A stretch of DNA of 64,000 nucleotides. Origin: Rhizorhapis sp. (lineage in GTDB: Bacteria; Pseudomonadota; Alphaproteobacteria; Sphingomonadales; Sphingomonadaceae). This document shows, piece by piece, positions 17,994 to 26,499 of this stretch (position 1 is the first letter of the stretch; each line of letters begins with the position of its first letter). Made by a program: the position numbers and the translations under genes. The stretch is from positions 29,175-93,174 of the forward strand of contig NZ_DATEMB010000011.1 in assembly GCF_035276005.1 (NCBI RefSeq), in the 5' to 3' direction. Under the pieces are notes generated by a model. The model had not been told where the DNA came from and did no database searches. It saw only the letters and a program-made list of their open reading frames with translations.

Positions 17994-19399
17994 CAGCGCA
18001 GCGCCCTTATGCTTGCCGCCGCGCTGCCCAGCGCTGCCCTGAACTCGCCGGGACGATAGCCATTGGGGTCCTTCACCGCCGCATAGGCGCGGTTGATATT
18101 GGCCCGGATGCTCGCCGCTGCGCCCACCGTCACTTCGCCGGAACTGACGAGCGCATTGAGCAGCGTGTCCACCGCCATCACTGCCTGCACCGAGCCCTCA
18201 TAGTCGGTAAAACGCGGCGCAACGGCGCTTCCGGCAAGCGTGTCGATAATGGCGAATGTCCGATCCCGGCCGAAGGCGGCAGACCCAAAGGCATCGGTCA
18301 GTGCGGCCGCCGATTGCCGCAGCTTGCTGGCGGCGCCGACAGCCGCCGCGCGGTCCTTCGCCAGGGCTGCATGGAAAGCCTGGCTGTCGGCATCGAAACG
18401 GGCGGCCAGTGCCGGGGCGGCTATCTTTGCCGCGGCCGAAAGCATGATCATGTTCTCGTCATTATAGGGCGGCATTCCGCCCGGAATGGACCGCGCCGGA
18501 TTGCTCTCGAACGTCCGCACCGCCTCATCGCTGTCATAGATGCGCCGGTGGCAACTGTGGCAATCGAAGAAGTAGAATTCAGGAAAGACCCCGTCATTGC
18601 CCGTGTCATGGTCGGTATAGAGCGCTAGTGAGCGCTGGAGCGCCATGCTCTGCCCGACTGCCCAGAGCTTCACATTGTTCGTCCGCCCCTTTCTCCGGGC
18701 ATAATCGCCATCCTCATTATGATGCTGCTGCAGCGTGGAAAAGAGATCGAGTTCAAAGCTGATCCGCGGATGCCCCGCCGCCATGATGCGGTGCGTGACG
18801 AACTGCCCGCCATTGGCGCTGCCAAAATGGCAGTCGAGACAGACCGAAGCCCGCGCGCGGGGATCATCCAGCGGGATCATGCCTTTTGCGATATTGGCTG
18901 CATGGGTTGTGCCCACCGCATAATGGCTGGAAATCCATTCGGAAGCCCCGCCATGGCAGCTTTCGCAGCCGACGCCGTCGGAGAGCTGGAACCGGGCGCC
19001 TCGCTTTCCGGCGGGCGCGGGATCGGCATGGCAGCCAAGGCACAGGGGGGACGTGCTTGCGTTTCCGATGCCGAGATTGCGGGCGATCTGGCGGCTGCGC
19101 ATGTTGGAAAGCACCGCAAAGGCCCGGCTATGCGCGCCGCCCGGGGTGGACGGCTCCTGCCAGCGCATCAGTTCATCCTGGCGCACAATCCTGCCGTCGG
19201 CTTCCATGCGGCCATGGCAGGTCGTCCCCGCGCAGGAGGCGACGCCCAGATGAATATTCCTGTCGCCTGAAGTCGCCGCATCAACCGGCGCGGTGGTGGG
19301 AGAAGCCCCGGAGAACAGGATGAAACCCGCCAGGACGAGGAGAATGACAGCCACCGCCCATAAGGTGCGATGCTTGGCTGTGTCTCTTCCCCATGGCAT
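17993..19399 (-). CDS. multihaem c-type cytochrome (4 CXXCH plus 1 CX4CH), membrane-anchored or secreted
   Basis: Haem motifs are CAGTTCH, CLGCH, CESCH, CLDCH and CHSCH. The preferred start is ATG 19399 (MPWGRDTAKHRTLWAVAVILLVLAGFILF, an N-terminal hydrophobic helix). The track start at 19579 would overlap the upstream TpsA gene by 65 nt and encodes an Arg-rich leader. Confidence 0.8.
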   Translation of the reverse strand: MPWGRDTAKHRTLWAVAVILLVLAGFILFSGASPTTAPVDAATSGDRNIHLGVASCAGTTCHGRMEADGRIVRQDELMRWQEPSTPGGAHSRAFAVLSNMRSRQIARNLGIGNASTSPLCLGCHADPAPAGKRGARFQLSDGVGCESCHGGASEWISSHYAVGTTHAANIAKGMIPLDDPRARASVCLDCHFGSANGGQFVTHRIMAAGHPRISFELDLFSTLQQHHNEDGDYARRKGRTNNVKLWAVGQSMALQRSLALYTDHDTGNDGVFPEFYFFDCHSCHRRIYDSDEAVRTFESNPARSIPGGMPPYNDENMIMLSAAAKIAAPALAARFDADSQAFHAALAKDRAAAVGAASKLRQSAAALTDAFGSAAFGRDRTFAIIDTLAGSAVAPRFTDYEGSVQAVMAVDTLLNALVSSGEVTVGAAASIRANINRAYAAVKDPNGYRPGEFRAALGSAAASIRALR

Positions 19400-19514
19400 T
19401 GTTCGTTGATCCCCCCTGACCGCTGCGTTGTGCTTATCGGCCCCTTGTGAGTGCCTATTGCCGGGCCAAGCCATTGCTTTCAAGCCTTTTGGCCTTTCCC
19501 TAAGGTCAAACCTG

Positions 19515-22500
19515 TCAGGGTTCCGCGCAGCCCGCCGCCTCGCCGCCGGTTTCGCAGGCCGGCATCCACAGATCGTCATTGCCGGCGCCCGTTACGGGCT
19601 CATCGATCAGCGGTGGATAACCGAAGGGTTCGAAGTCCTTCAATTCCACCACCATGGTCGGGAAAAGGTCCGACCCGGTGCCGCTTTCGCCCGCCTCCAG
19701 GGGTTCCAGGATCTCGTCATGAGGCGGTGGGCTAAGGCCGTCGTCGACAAAGGTGACGGGCCCGCAAAGCGATGGATTGGCGATAAAACAGCCGTTAATC
19801 GTTGAGCGAGGATCGTAACTCCCGTCCGTCGTGGCCAGCGGGATCACATCCGCGCCTGTTATGAAGCTGCCCCCTCCCACCAGACGGCCATTGATGGCGA
19901 TACGTGCCGTGTCGCTGGCCGTGGTGATGTCCAAGGTGTTGGCGGTAAAGCCACGTCTGTCGGATACCGCATCCGATGCGCCGAGATTCTGCACATAAAG
20001 ACCGTTTACCACGTCAAAGCTGATCGTGCCGGCCCTCAACGCCCCTTCATCCAGGATTATCCCGTCATTCAGGGAAAGCCGCTGATTAATGGCTCCGATA
20101 CCGGCGGCTCCTGCTACATCGGCTATGGCGGCGGCTGTTGCGACGATCACATCATCCGAGGCCAGCCGCAGCGTTCCGGTAAGCGCGCCATTGGCATTGC
20201 GCATGTCGACACTGCCTTGACCAGCTATGACTTCAAGTGCGTCGCCCGCACTGATGTCGAACAGGTTCCCGGCATTGAAATCGTTAAGCGTGACAGCGCC
20301 AATGACCCGCAACTTGCCCGGAGTGGAGATTGACAGGATGCCGCTGGGGCCGAGATTGCCGCCGCTGCCCGCACCTAACGTGAAGCTGTCGACGATCACG
20401 TCCGGGGCTCTGGAAGACCCCACGGAGGCGGTGCTTTGAGAGGCAAGTTGCGGACCGGTTATGCTGATCAGGTTCGAGAATAGTTGCAGGATTTCGGCTG
20501 CTGACAAGCTGTAACCGCTGCTATTGCCGGTCCCGCCGATATAGGTCCGGCGGCTGTCGTCATTGTTCGTCAGTTCCAGCGTCACTGTGCCTGACCGGGA
20601 ACCGATCTGCCCTCCCGATCCGATAATGAGATCGTTTGAGGCAATGGCGATGTTGGTGCCGCTAAGCAGTCCGTCGACCGTAACGGCGCCCATGGCATTG
20701 ATGTCAATGACCGGAGCCGTAACAGTCGTGACCTTCACGTCGCCAAGGCTGGTGTAATAAAAACCGGATGAAGCGTTGGCGGCGGGTCCAAAGCCTGTGC
20801 CGGTCAAACTGCCGGAAATGGCCAATCCGCCCCCGGAACCGGCCGTGTCGCTGACTTCCATGCGGCCGGAACGAATGGTGGTGCCTGTGCCGCTGACGTT
20901 GAAGCTCAGATTTCCCACGCTGCGCGCACCTGTGGGAGCGGCCGTGCCGCCGTTGCTGAACCGCGTAGTGCCGCCAGTCCCGTTGCCAACCGTCCCGGCG
21001 AGGCCGCTGCCTGCCGCGCCTGCCGCGCCGCCAATGCCCTGCGCTTCCAGGGACAAGGTGGGGAAGTCATAGCTCGCACCCTGCGCGTCGAACGCCGCTG
21101 AACCGCCCGTGCCGTCGCCGCCGGACCCCGCATTGCCAAAGCCGAAGCTGTCGCCGCCGGCGCCGCCTTCGCCACTGGCGAGAATTTCCAGGGAAGTTGC
21201 AGTGACGCTGGCGCCGGCATTCAGGGCAACAGCCGCTGTGCCGCCAAATCCATTGCCTCCCGATGTCGCATCGCTGTCTGACACCTGATCCGTGTCCCCG
21301 CCAAGGCCATAGGCGTGGACGAAAATGTCTCCCGCATTCAGCGTGCCGCTGGCTACCATCAGTTGCGACGTTCCGCCTGTGCCATTTCCGCCAGCGGCCA
21401 TGAGGTTGCCGGGGCTGCTCGGCGATCTTGCGAAGCCGCCGGTGCCCAGTGTCGAAAGGGCGAGCATGCCCGTGACATCCGCAAATCCGCCATTGACGTT
21501 GAAGGTGGCCGTCCCGCCAAACCCGTCGCCTGCGGTAAAGGCGGTGGCGCCGGTGCTTTCCCCGCCCTCTCCGCCCAGACCGACCGCGCCAAGCATGATC
21601 GATTGTGCACTCAGCAGACCACCCAGCACATCGGCACGGACAGAGCCGCCCCTGCCGGTGCCGCCATTGCCACTGCCGAAATAATCGCCGGGAATGGGCA
21701 AGCCATAGCCATCGGCGTGGACGTCGAGATTGCCGAAGGTCATCGCGGCGCTGTTGGCGGTGCCCGGCAATAGCTGAAGCAGGACCGTGCCGCCGGTCCC
21801 ATCACCCGCCATGCCGCCGGTCATCTCATACCCGCCAAAGCCATCGGCCGATAGGAACAAGTCGCCGTCCGATGCGAATATTCCGTCCTGGGCCGTCATC
21901 GTGATCGTGCCGCCGATGCCTCTTCCGCCGACAAAGCCCTGGCCGCCCCTTGCATTGGCGGAGATATCGCAAGTTCCGTTCGCGCAGCCGGTGAGAGCGA
22001 ACTGGCCCAGTCCGCTTACCGCGATATTGACCGTGCCCCCCGTGGCGTTTCCGGAAGTGCCGCTGGTATCGGCATCGCCGCCGCTGGCCTCAGCGTTGAT
22101 GAACATTGTACCTGAGCTGAGGGTGCCGCCATTGACGCTGATCTCAGCATTTCCGCCTGTGGCGTTGCCGCCGTTGAGAGAGGTGATGGAGGTCGAGAAT
22201 TGCTGCCCTGCCGACACATCCATTTGGATGTCGCTGGTGGTGATGCTGCCGCCGGTCATGGCGATGCGAACCGTGCCGCCGCTCGCGGTTCCTGAGCTGA
22301 GACCGCCAAGGCCCGCCCTCGCGGTCGAGAACAGCTCTATGTTTCCCGCCGAGATGCTGCCGCCATTGGTGCGGATTTCAGCGGTGCCGCCGGTTGCGCT
22401 GCCGCCGGTTCCTCCGGCGGTGAAATTGTCGAGGCCCACAGCGCTGGCGCCGACCGTCAAGGCGCCGCCGACGGTGACCTGGCCCGAACCATCGGCATAG

Positions 22501-23771
22501 AGGGCCGCGATTCCGCCGATGGCGCCAAGCCCTGCATCGAGCGACAGGTTGGCATCGGCATCAATGGTTTCGCCATTGTCGGCGCCGACGGTGATCGACG
22601 TTGCCGCCTTGAAGTTCGCGTTCTGATTGAAGGTGACGGTTCCCGAAGGCACCGGATTGATCGTGATCGACCCTGTTGCACGACCATCTACGGCAGAAAC
22701 GAAGCCGGTGTCGCTCACATTACCGATGGAAATATTGGCTGCTGCGCTGGTGCTGCTATTGGGCGTGCCCAGCGACTGCCCAGAGAGGATGTCGTGCCCG
22801 GCGGACAATATGACCGCACTGTCCTGCGTCGCGGCGACCGCTGCGGGAGTATAGCCGAAATCCCCCGAAAGAAGCATGGTAAGTGCGCTGTTCTTCGGCA
22901 CAGCCGCAAGGAAGGCGCGCTGCGGCCCGGCGTCGGGCGTCAGGTTGGTCGTGCCAGTATGGACCACACCATTGGCGTCGTCGGTGCCGGTGGTGATGGC
23001 GATGTCGAAAAGGCCGCTATTGATCGTGATCGTCGCTGCCTCCGCACCCACATAGGCGACAGAGCCGTTGACGTTGACCGTACCGAATTGCTGTATCGAG
23101 GGGGCGACGAGGGCGACATAGCTTCCCGGCGCACTGACATTGATCTGCGCGCCAGGCTGGATGGTGACGTGCGAAGAGCTGTTGGGCGTCCCGGTGAAAT
23201 TGATGCTCCCGCTGGAGCCAAAACCAGCTGTGTCGTCGATGTCGCTGCTGGTCAGGACAAGTGAGCCGACGTCGAAAACGGCCGTCGGTCCTGCGATGAT
23301 GCCGCCGGGCGAATAGAACCACACATTGCCGACAGGGAAATTATTGGCGCCAAGCTGCGTCGTCACAGTTCCGTTGAAGGCGACCGGGCGGCTTGTCACG
23401 GGATTGCCGCTGCCGTCGACCGGCAGGATACGGTTCAATACGGTATAGCCCGAAAGCCCGGCAGAAGAATTGTCCACATAAAGGACCGAATTGGTTGTCG
23501 GCAGGAAATCGATGGTGCCGGTGCCGCCGGTATCGGTTGGTGTCCAGTCGATGACCACCTCGCTCGTATCCACCGTAATGGTATCGCTGGTCGCGCCCTG
23601 GACGATGGAGGCCGAGCCGGAGCCGGAGACGACAGCGCCGGTGCCCTGGAAACCGCTTGCTCCGGCCTGCGGGACCTGCGCCGCCGCGGCGAGCACGATG
23701 GCAATAAGGGCGCATCCCTGAAGCAGCGGTGTTTTGAGGCGAGGGGCGTTGTGAATGCTGGACTTCATCAT
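19515..23771 (-). CDS. TpsA-type exoprotein: filamentous haemagglutinin N-terminal (TPS) domain plus Gly-rich beta-helical repeats
   Basis: It has a signal peptide (LLQGCALIAIVLAAAAQVPQAGA). The TPS-like block is VIDWTPTD...VLNRILP...VWFYSPGGIIAGPTAVFDVGSLVLTS. About 12 repeats with a GGT(A/V)x(I/F) core follow. ATG 23771 forms a TGATG overlap with the TpsB stop. The track start is GTG 23783. Confidence 0.85.
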   Translation of the reverse strand: MMKSSIHNAPRLKTPLLQGCALIAIVLAAAAQVPQAGASGFQGTGAVVSGSGSASIVQGATSDTITVDTSEVVIDWTPTDTGGTGTIDFLPTTNSVLYVDNSSAGLSGYTVLNRILPVDGSGNPVTSRPVAFNGTVTTQLGANNFPVGNVWFYSPGGIIAGPTAVFDVGSLVLTSSDIDDTAGFGSSGSINFTGTPNSSSHVTIQPGAQINVSAPGSYVALVAPSIQQFGTVNVNGSVAYVGAEAATITINSGLFDIAITTGTDDANGVVHTGTTNLTPDAGPQRAFLAAVPKNSALTMLLSGDFGYTPAAVAATQDSAVILSAGHDILSGQSLGTPNSSTSAAANISIGNVSDTGFVSAVDGRATGSITINPVPSGTVTFNQNANFKAATSITVGADNGETIDADANLSLDAGLGAIGGIAALYADGSGQVTVGGALTVGASAVGLDNFTAGGTGGSATGGTAEIRTNGGSISAGNIELFSTARAGLGGLSSGTASGGTVRIAMTGGSITTSDIQMDVSAGQQFSTSITSLNGGNATGGNAEISVNGGTLSSGTMFINAEASGGDADTSGTSGNATGGTVNIAVSGLGQFALTGCANGTCDISANARGGQGFVGGRGIGGTITMTAQDGIFASDGDLFLSADGFGGYEMTGGMAGDGTGGTVLLQLLPGTANSAAMTFGNLDVHADGYGLPIPGDYFGSGNGGTGRGGSVRADVLGGLLSAQSIMLGAVGLGGEGGESTGATAFTAGDGFGGTATFNVNGGFADVTGMLALSTLGTGGFARSPSSPGNLMAAGGNGTGGTSQLMVASGTLNAGDIFVHAYGLGGDTDQVSDSDATSGGNGFGGTAAVALNAGASVTATSLEILASGEGGAGGDSFGFGNAGSGGDGTGGSAAFDAQGASYDFPTLSLEAQGIGGAAGAAGSGLAGTVGNGTGGTTRFSNGGTAAPTGARSVGNLSFNVSGTGTTIRSGRMEVSDTAGSGGGLAISGSLTGTGFGPAANASSGFYYTSLGDVKVTTVTAPVIDINAMGAVTVDGLLSGTNIAIASNDLIIGSGGQIGSRSGTVTLELTNNDDSRRTYIGGTGNSSGYSLSAAEILQLFSNLISITGPQLASQSTASVGSSRAPDVIVDSFTLGAGSGGNLGPSGILSISTPGKLRVIGAVTLNDFNAGNLFDISAGDALEVIAGQGSVDMRNANGALTGTLRLASDDVIVATAAAIADVAGAAGIGAINQRLSLNDGIILDEGALRAGTISFDVVNGLYVQNLGASDAVSDRRGFTANTLDITTASDTARIAINGRLVGGGSFITGADVIPLATTDGSYDPRSTINGCFIANPSLCGPVTFVDDGLSPPPHDEILEPLEAGESGTGSDLFPTMVVELKDFEPFGYPPLIDEPVTGAGNDDLWMPACETGGEAAGCAEP

Positions 23772-25504
23772 CACTGCCTCCACGGAACAAGCTTGGTGGT
23801 CAGGGACAGCAGCAGCCGGGGGTCGCCCCTTCGGTTGAGGAAACCCGCGCGCTCCATCGGAACGGCGAGGGTCAGGTCCACCCGAGCGTGATTGCCCCAG
23901 GCCCCCCGAATGCCGGCGCCCGCCGAAAAAAGCTTCTGCGGGTCAAGGCCCACAAAGGCGCTGTCTTCATTCCAGAGCCAGCCGCCGTCGAAAAACAGGA
24001 AAGGCTGCACCGCAATCGCGTTCGCGCCCTTCGGCATGATGCTGCCATAGTGGACCTCCGCTTGAAAGCCGACGCCACTGTCGCCAATGATCGTGCCGGG
24101 ATCATAGCCGCGCCCGAAGCTGTAATTGCCCGCCGACATCTCCTCATAGCTGAGCAGCGGGTCGGAACTGTACTGGAAGCGGGGCGAAAGGCTGAAGGTG
24201 ATCTTGGGTATTGGACGGAATTCGCCATATGCCGCCGCCCTCAAGACCAGCGCCGTGGGGTCTGCCTCCAGCTTGCTGATGCGGTCGCCGCTATTGCTGG
24301 CGCCGAAAATGGAGAGGCCATGGCGTGCTTCCACCGATCCGCCCAAGCGCCAGCGCGGTTCGGCGCCGCTATAGCCGATCGTGCTGCCCAGACTGGCGCG
24401 GTCGATCATGTCATAGTCGACACGGGCATAGAGGACGCGCAGCTTGTCCTCGCTCAGCGTCACCGCACCGAAATCCACTTTCTGATCGACCAGCTCGAAA
24501 CCGACCGTGCCGAGCAAATTCTGCGACTGCCTGCGGATCAGGGGATAGCTGGCGGCAAGGCTCGCGATCAATGTGGCCGAATCAAGGTCGATGCCGATGT
24601 CTGGCCGGGTCCAGGCATAGGTGAAGTCGCCTGCCAAGCGCAGGCCGTCATGGCCGATGGCGAAGCTGTGGCCGGCTTGTAGCACCGTCTGCTCCGAAAT
24701 TTCGGCGGTGTTGAACAGGCTGAGCGTCGTCATGTCGCCAAGCCCGGTCAGATCATTGATCTGCACCCGCGCCAGCCCGCCCCAGCGGCCGGTGTCCCGT
24801 GATCCGTAATTCTGAATATTGGCATCGACCTGGAATTGCTGGCGGGTGACGCGAACCTCGCCGATGACTTCGCCCGGCGCGGCATTGGCGGGACGCAGGG
24901 TCAGCCGCACATCATAGCCGGGAAGATCCCCGGCAAGCAGCAAATGACGCTCCGCCTCATATATGTTGAAGAGCGGCCGGTCCTTGATCGCTTCCAGATG
25001 GGCCGCGATCAGTTCCTCGCTCCGCCCCGCATCGCCCCGCACCTGAACAGCGACGAGCTTTGCAAGCAGCACGTCGAAACGGACCGTGCCGCCCTTTTCG
25101 ATCCGCTGCGGGGGAACCTGAACGGCAGCCAGATAGCCTTCGCGGCGCAAGATCGTCGCCGCATTGTCCCGGATCTCGCATAGCTCGGCGATGGGCATGT
25201 CACGGCCAACATGGCCTTCCCAGGCGGGGCGGAGCAACTCGGGCGAGAGGCCCTGCAGTCCTTCGAATTGAACGGCGGAAATCGAAACGGTCAGATTGGC
25301 ATATTGCGGGTCCGCGAGGGGGCAGGGCGCGCGCTCCACATCGCCCTCCACCGTGAGCCGCGTGGGGCGCTGCGGTTCAGTGACGGGAGCACGGCCGCGT
25401 TCGATTTCTTCACGGGTCGGCGCACCGGTTGTCTGCGCCATAAGATTGGCGGGCAGCAGCGCTGAGCCCATCAGAACAAATGCCAACGCCCGGCCAAAGC
25501 CCAT
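23771..25504 (-). CDS. ShlB/FhaC/HecB-family two-partner secretion outer-membrane transporter (TpsB)
   Basis: It has a signal peptide (MGFGRALAFVLMGSALLPANLMAQ) and POTRA-like regions (VSISAVQFEGLQGLS, GYLAAVQVPPQRIEKGGTVRFDV). A C-terminal barrel follows. The position immediately upstream of a TPS-domain gene fits this call. ATG 25504 follows aaggggacgga. The track start is 25531. Confidence 0.85.
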   Translation of the reverse strand: MGFGRALAFVLMGSALLPANLMAQTTGAPTREEIERGRAPVTEPQRPTRLTVEGDVERAPCPLADPQYANLTVSISAVQFEGLQGLSPELLRPAWEGHVGRDMPIAELCEIRDNAATILRREGYLAAVQVPPQRIEKGGTVRFDVLLAKLVAVQVRGDAGRSEELIAAHLEAIKDRPLFNIYEAERHLLLAGDLPGYDVRLTLRPANAAPGEVIGEVRVTRQQFQVDANIQNYGSRDTGRWGGLARVQINDLTGLGDMTTLSLFNTAEISEQTVLQAGHSFAIGHDGLRLAGDFTYAWTRPDIGIDLDSATLIASLAASYPLIRRQSQNLLGTVGFELVDQKVDFGAVTLSEDKLRVLYARVDYDMIDRASLGSTIGYSGAEPRWRLGGSVEARHGLSIFGASNSGDRISKLEADPTALVLRAAAYGEFRPIPKITFSLSPRFQYSSDPLLSYEEMSAGNYSFGRGYDPGTIIGDSGVGFQAEVHYGSIMPKGANAIAVQPFLFFDGGWLWNEDSAFVGLDPQKLFSAGAGIRGAWGNHARVDLTLAVPMERAGFLNRRGDPRLLLSLTTKLVPWRQ

Positions 25505-25728
25505 CTTCCGTCCCCTTGTTGCCCGCCGCATTTTTGCGGCCGGACCTATGCCCCCGAATCCTCCCGCGAAAGGAGGATGATAATTGATCTTTGCAATCAG
25601 TTTTCGACTTTGGAGTTACCGCTTCCGTACGGTCTTTTCTATTTCCCGCCTGCTATCAGCGATGCCCCTCTGGTGCAAGCAAGGAGGCTGAATTCCATTG
25701 CTTTTTCATGCGCAAAGTCTTGATGCAC

Positions 25729-26499
25729 CTACCCCTCTGGCGCGGGCTGCGGATCGGGCAACGCGACCGTGTCCACCAGAAGGTTGAGCTGCGCATCGCA
25801 TTTGCGGCTGATCAGCATGGAGGCCATGCTCTCCAGGCCCTCGTCAGTGGCGTTCATGATCGAAAAGGCGATCTTCACCGGTCTTTGAAGCCCCGGCCAG
25901 CTTAAAGTGTAGCTGCTTCCCTCCGTCACCGGCAACGCCGCTGGCCAGGTCGCGCGAAACTGTCCCTTTTCAAAGGGAATGGCCGCGCTCTTGCCGCTCT
26001 TCTCGTCGCGGGCGGTGACCGTCAGCGCCTGGGTAAGATCAGGCCGCCAAAGCTGCACATTATTGGTGTCCGCTATGCAGACGTTGGAGCTTTGGCTGAT
26101 GTCGACATACCAAAGATTGGGGCTGCGCGGCATCCGGCCTTCGTCCGCTCCACCACGTACGGCCCCCGTTCGGGCCCGCCGGACTCGCTGCGTTCCAAGA
26201 AGCCCGGAAAGGCTGTTGCGCGTGTCGCTGACACCGGAAGAGGCGGCGCTTGTATTGAAGCGCCCCGGCCCTTTCAATGTACGCGTGCCGCGTCCGTCAA
26301 GGATGGTCAGCACGTCGCCTGCCTGCAAGGTCAGGACGCTGTTGTCCGCTATCTTCCTGCCCGGAGGATAGCTGCCCGCCGAGGGGCCGCCCGACCTTAC
26401 GACGATGGTTTCGGCAAGCGCAGCGGGGACAGTTAGCACGGCCATCGCCATTGCCGCGGATTTGAAGGCGTTGATGCGGAACTTCCTAGTCAAGAACAT
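25729..26499 (-). CDS. periplasmic FecR-like domain protein
   Basis: The start MFLTRKFRINAFKSAAMAMAVLTVPAALA-ET (ATG 26499) gives a signal peptide. The segment IVVRSGGPSAGSYPPGRKIADNSVLTLQAGDVLTILDGRGTRTLKGPGRF resembles the FecR sensor fold. The C-terminal half was not recognised. The gene overlaps the cyclase gene by 14 nt. Confidence 0.6.
   Translation of the reverse strand: MFLTRKFRINAFKSAAMAMAVLTVPAALAETIVVRSGGPSAGSYPPGRKIADNSVLTLQAGDVLTILDGRGTRTLKGPGRFNTSAASSGVSDTRNSLSGLLGTQRVRRARTGAVRGGADEGRMPRSPNLWYVDISQSSNVCIADTNNVQLWRPDLTQALTVTARDEKSGKSAAIPFEKGQFRATWPAALPVTEGSSYTLSWPGLQRPVKIAFSIMNATDEGLESMASMLISRKCDAQLNLLVDTVALPDPQPAPEG

Noticed and set aside
20891-22421. Possible CRISPR or other non-coding tandem array suggested by periodic DNA in the TpsA gene (and in the VCBS gene at 57960-59540)
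   Set aside because: The periodicity is explained by in-frame protein repeats. There are no short identical direct repeats with unique spacers anywhere in the window.
25558-25578. Hairpin tcctcc-cgcgaaa-ggagga upstream of the TpsB gene as a terminator
   Set aside because: There is no T-tract on the transcribed (minus) strand, and it lies about 150 nt after the FecR-like stop. It may be a leader structure, but the evidence is too weak to call.
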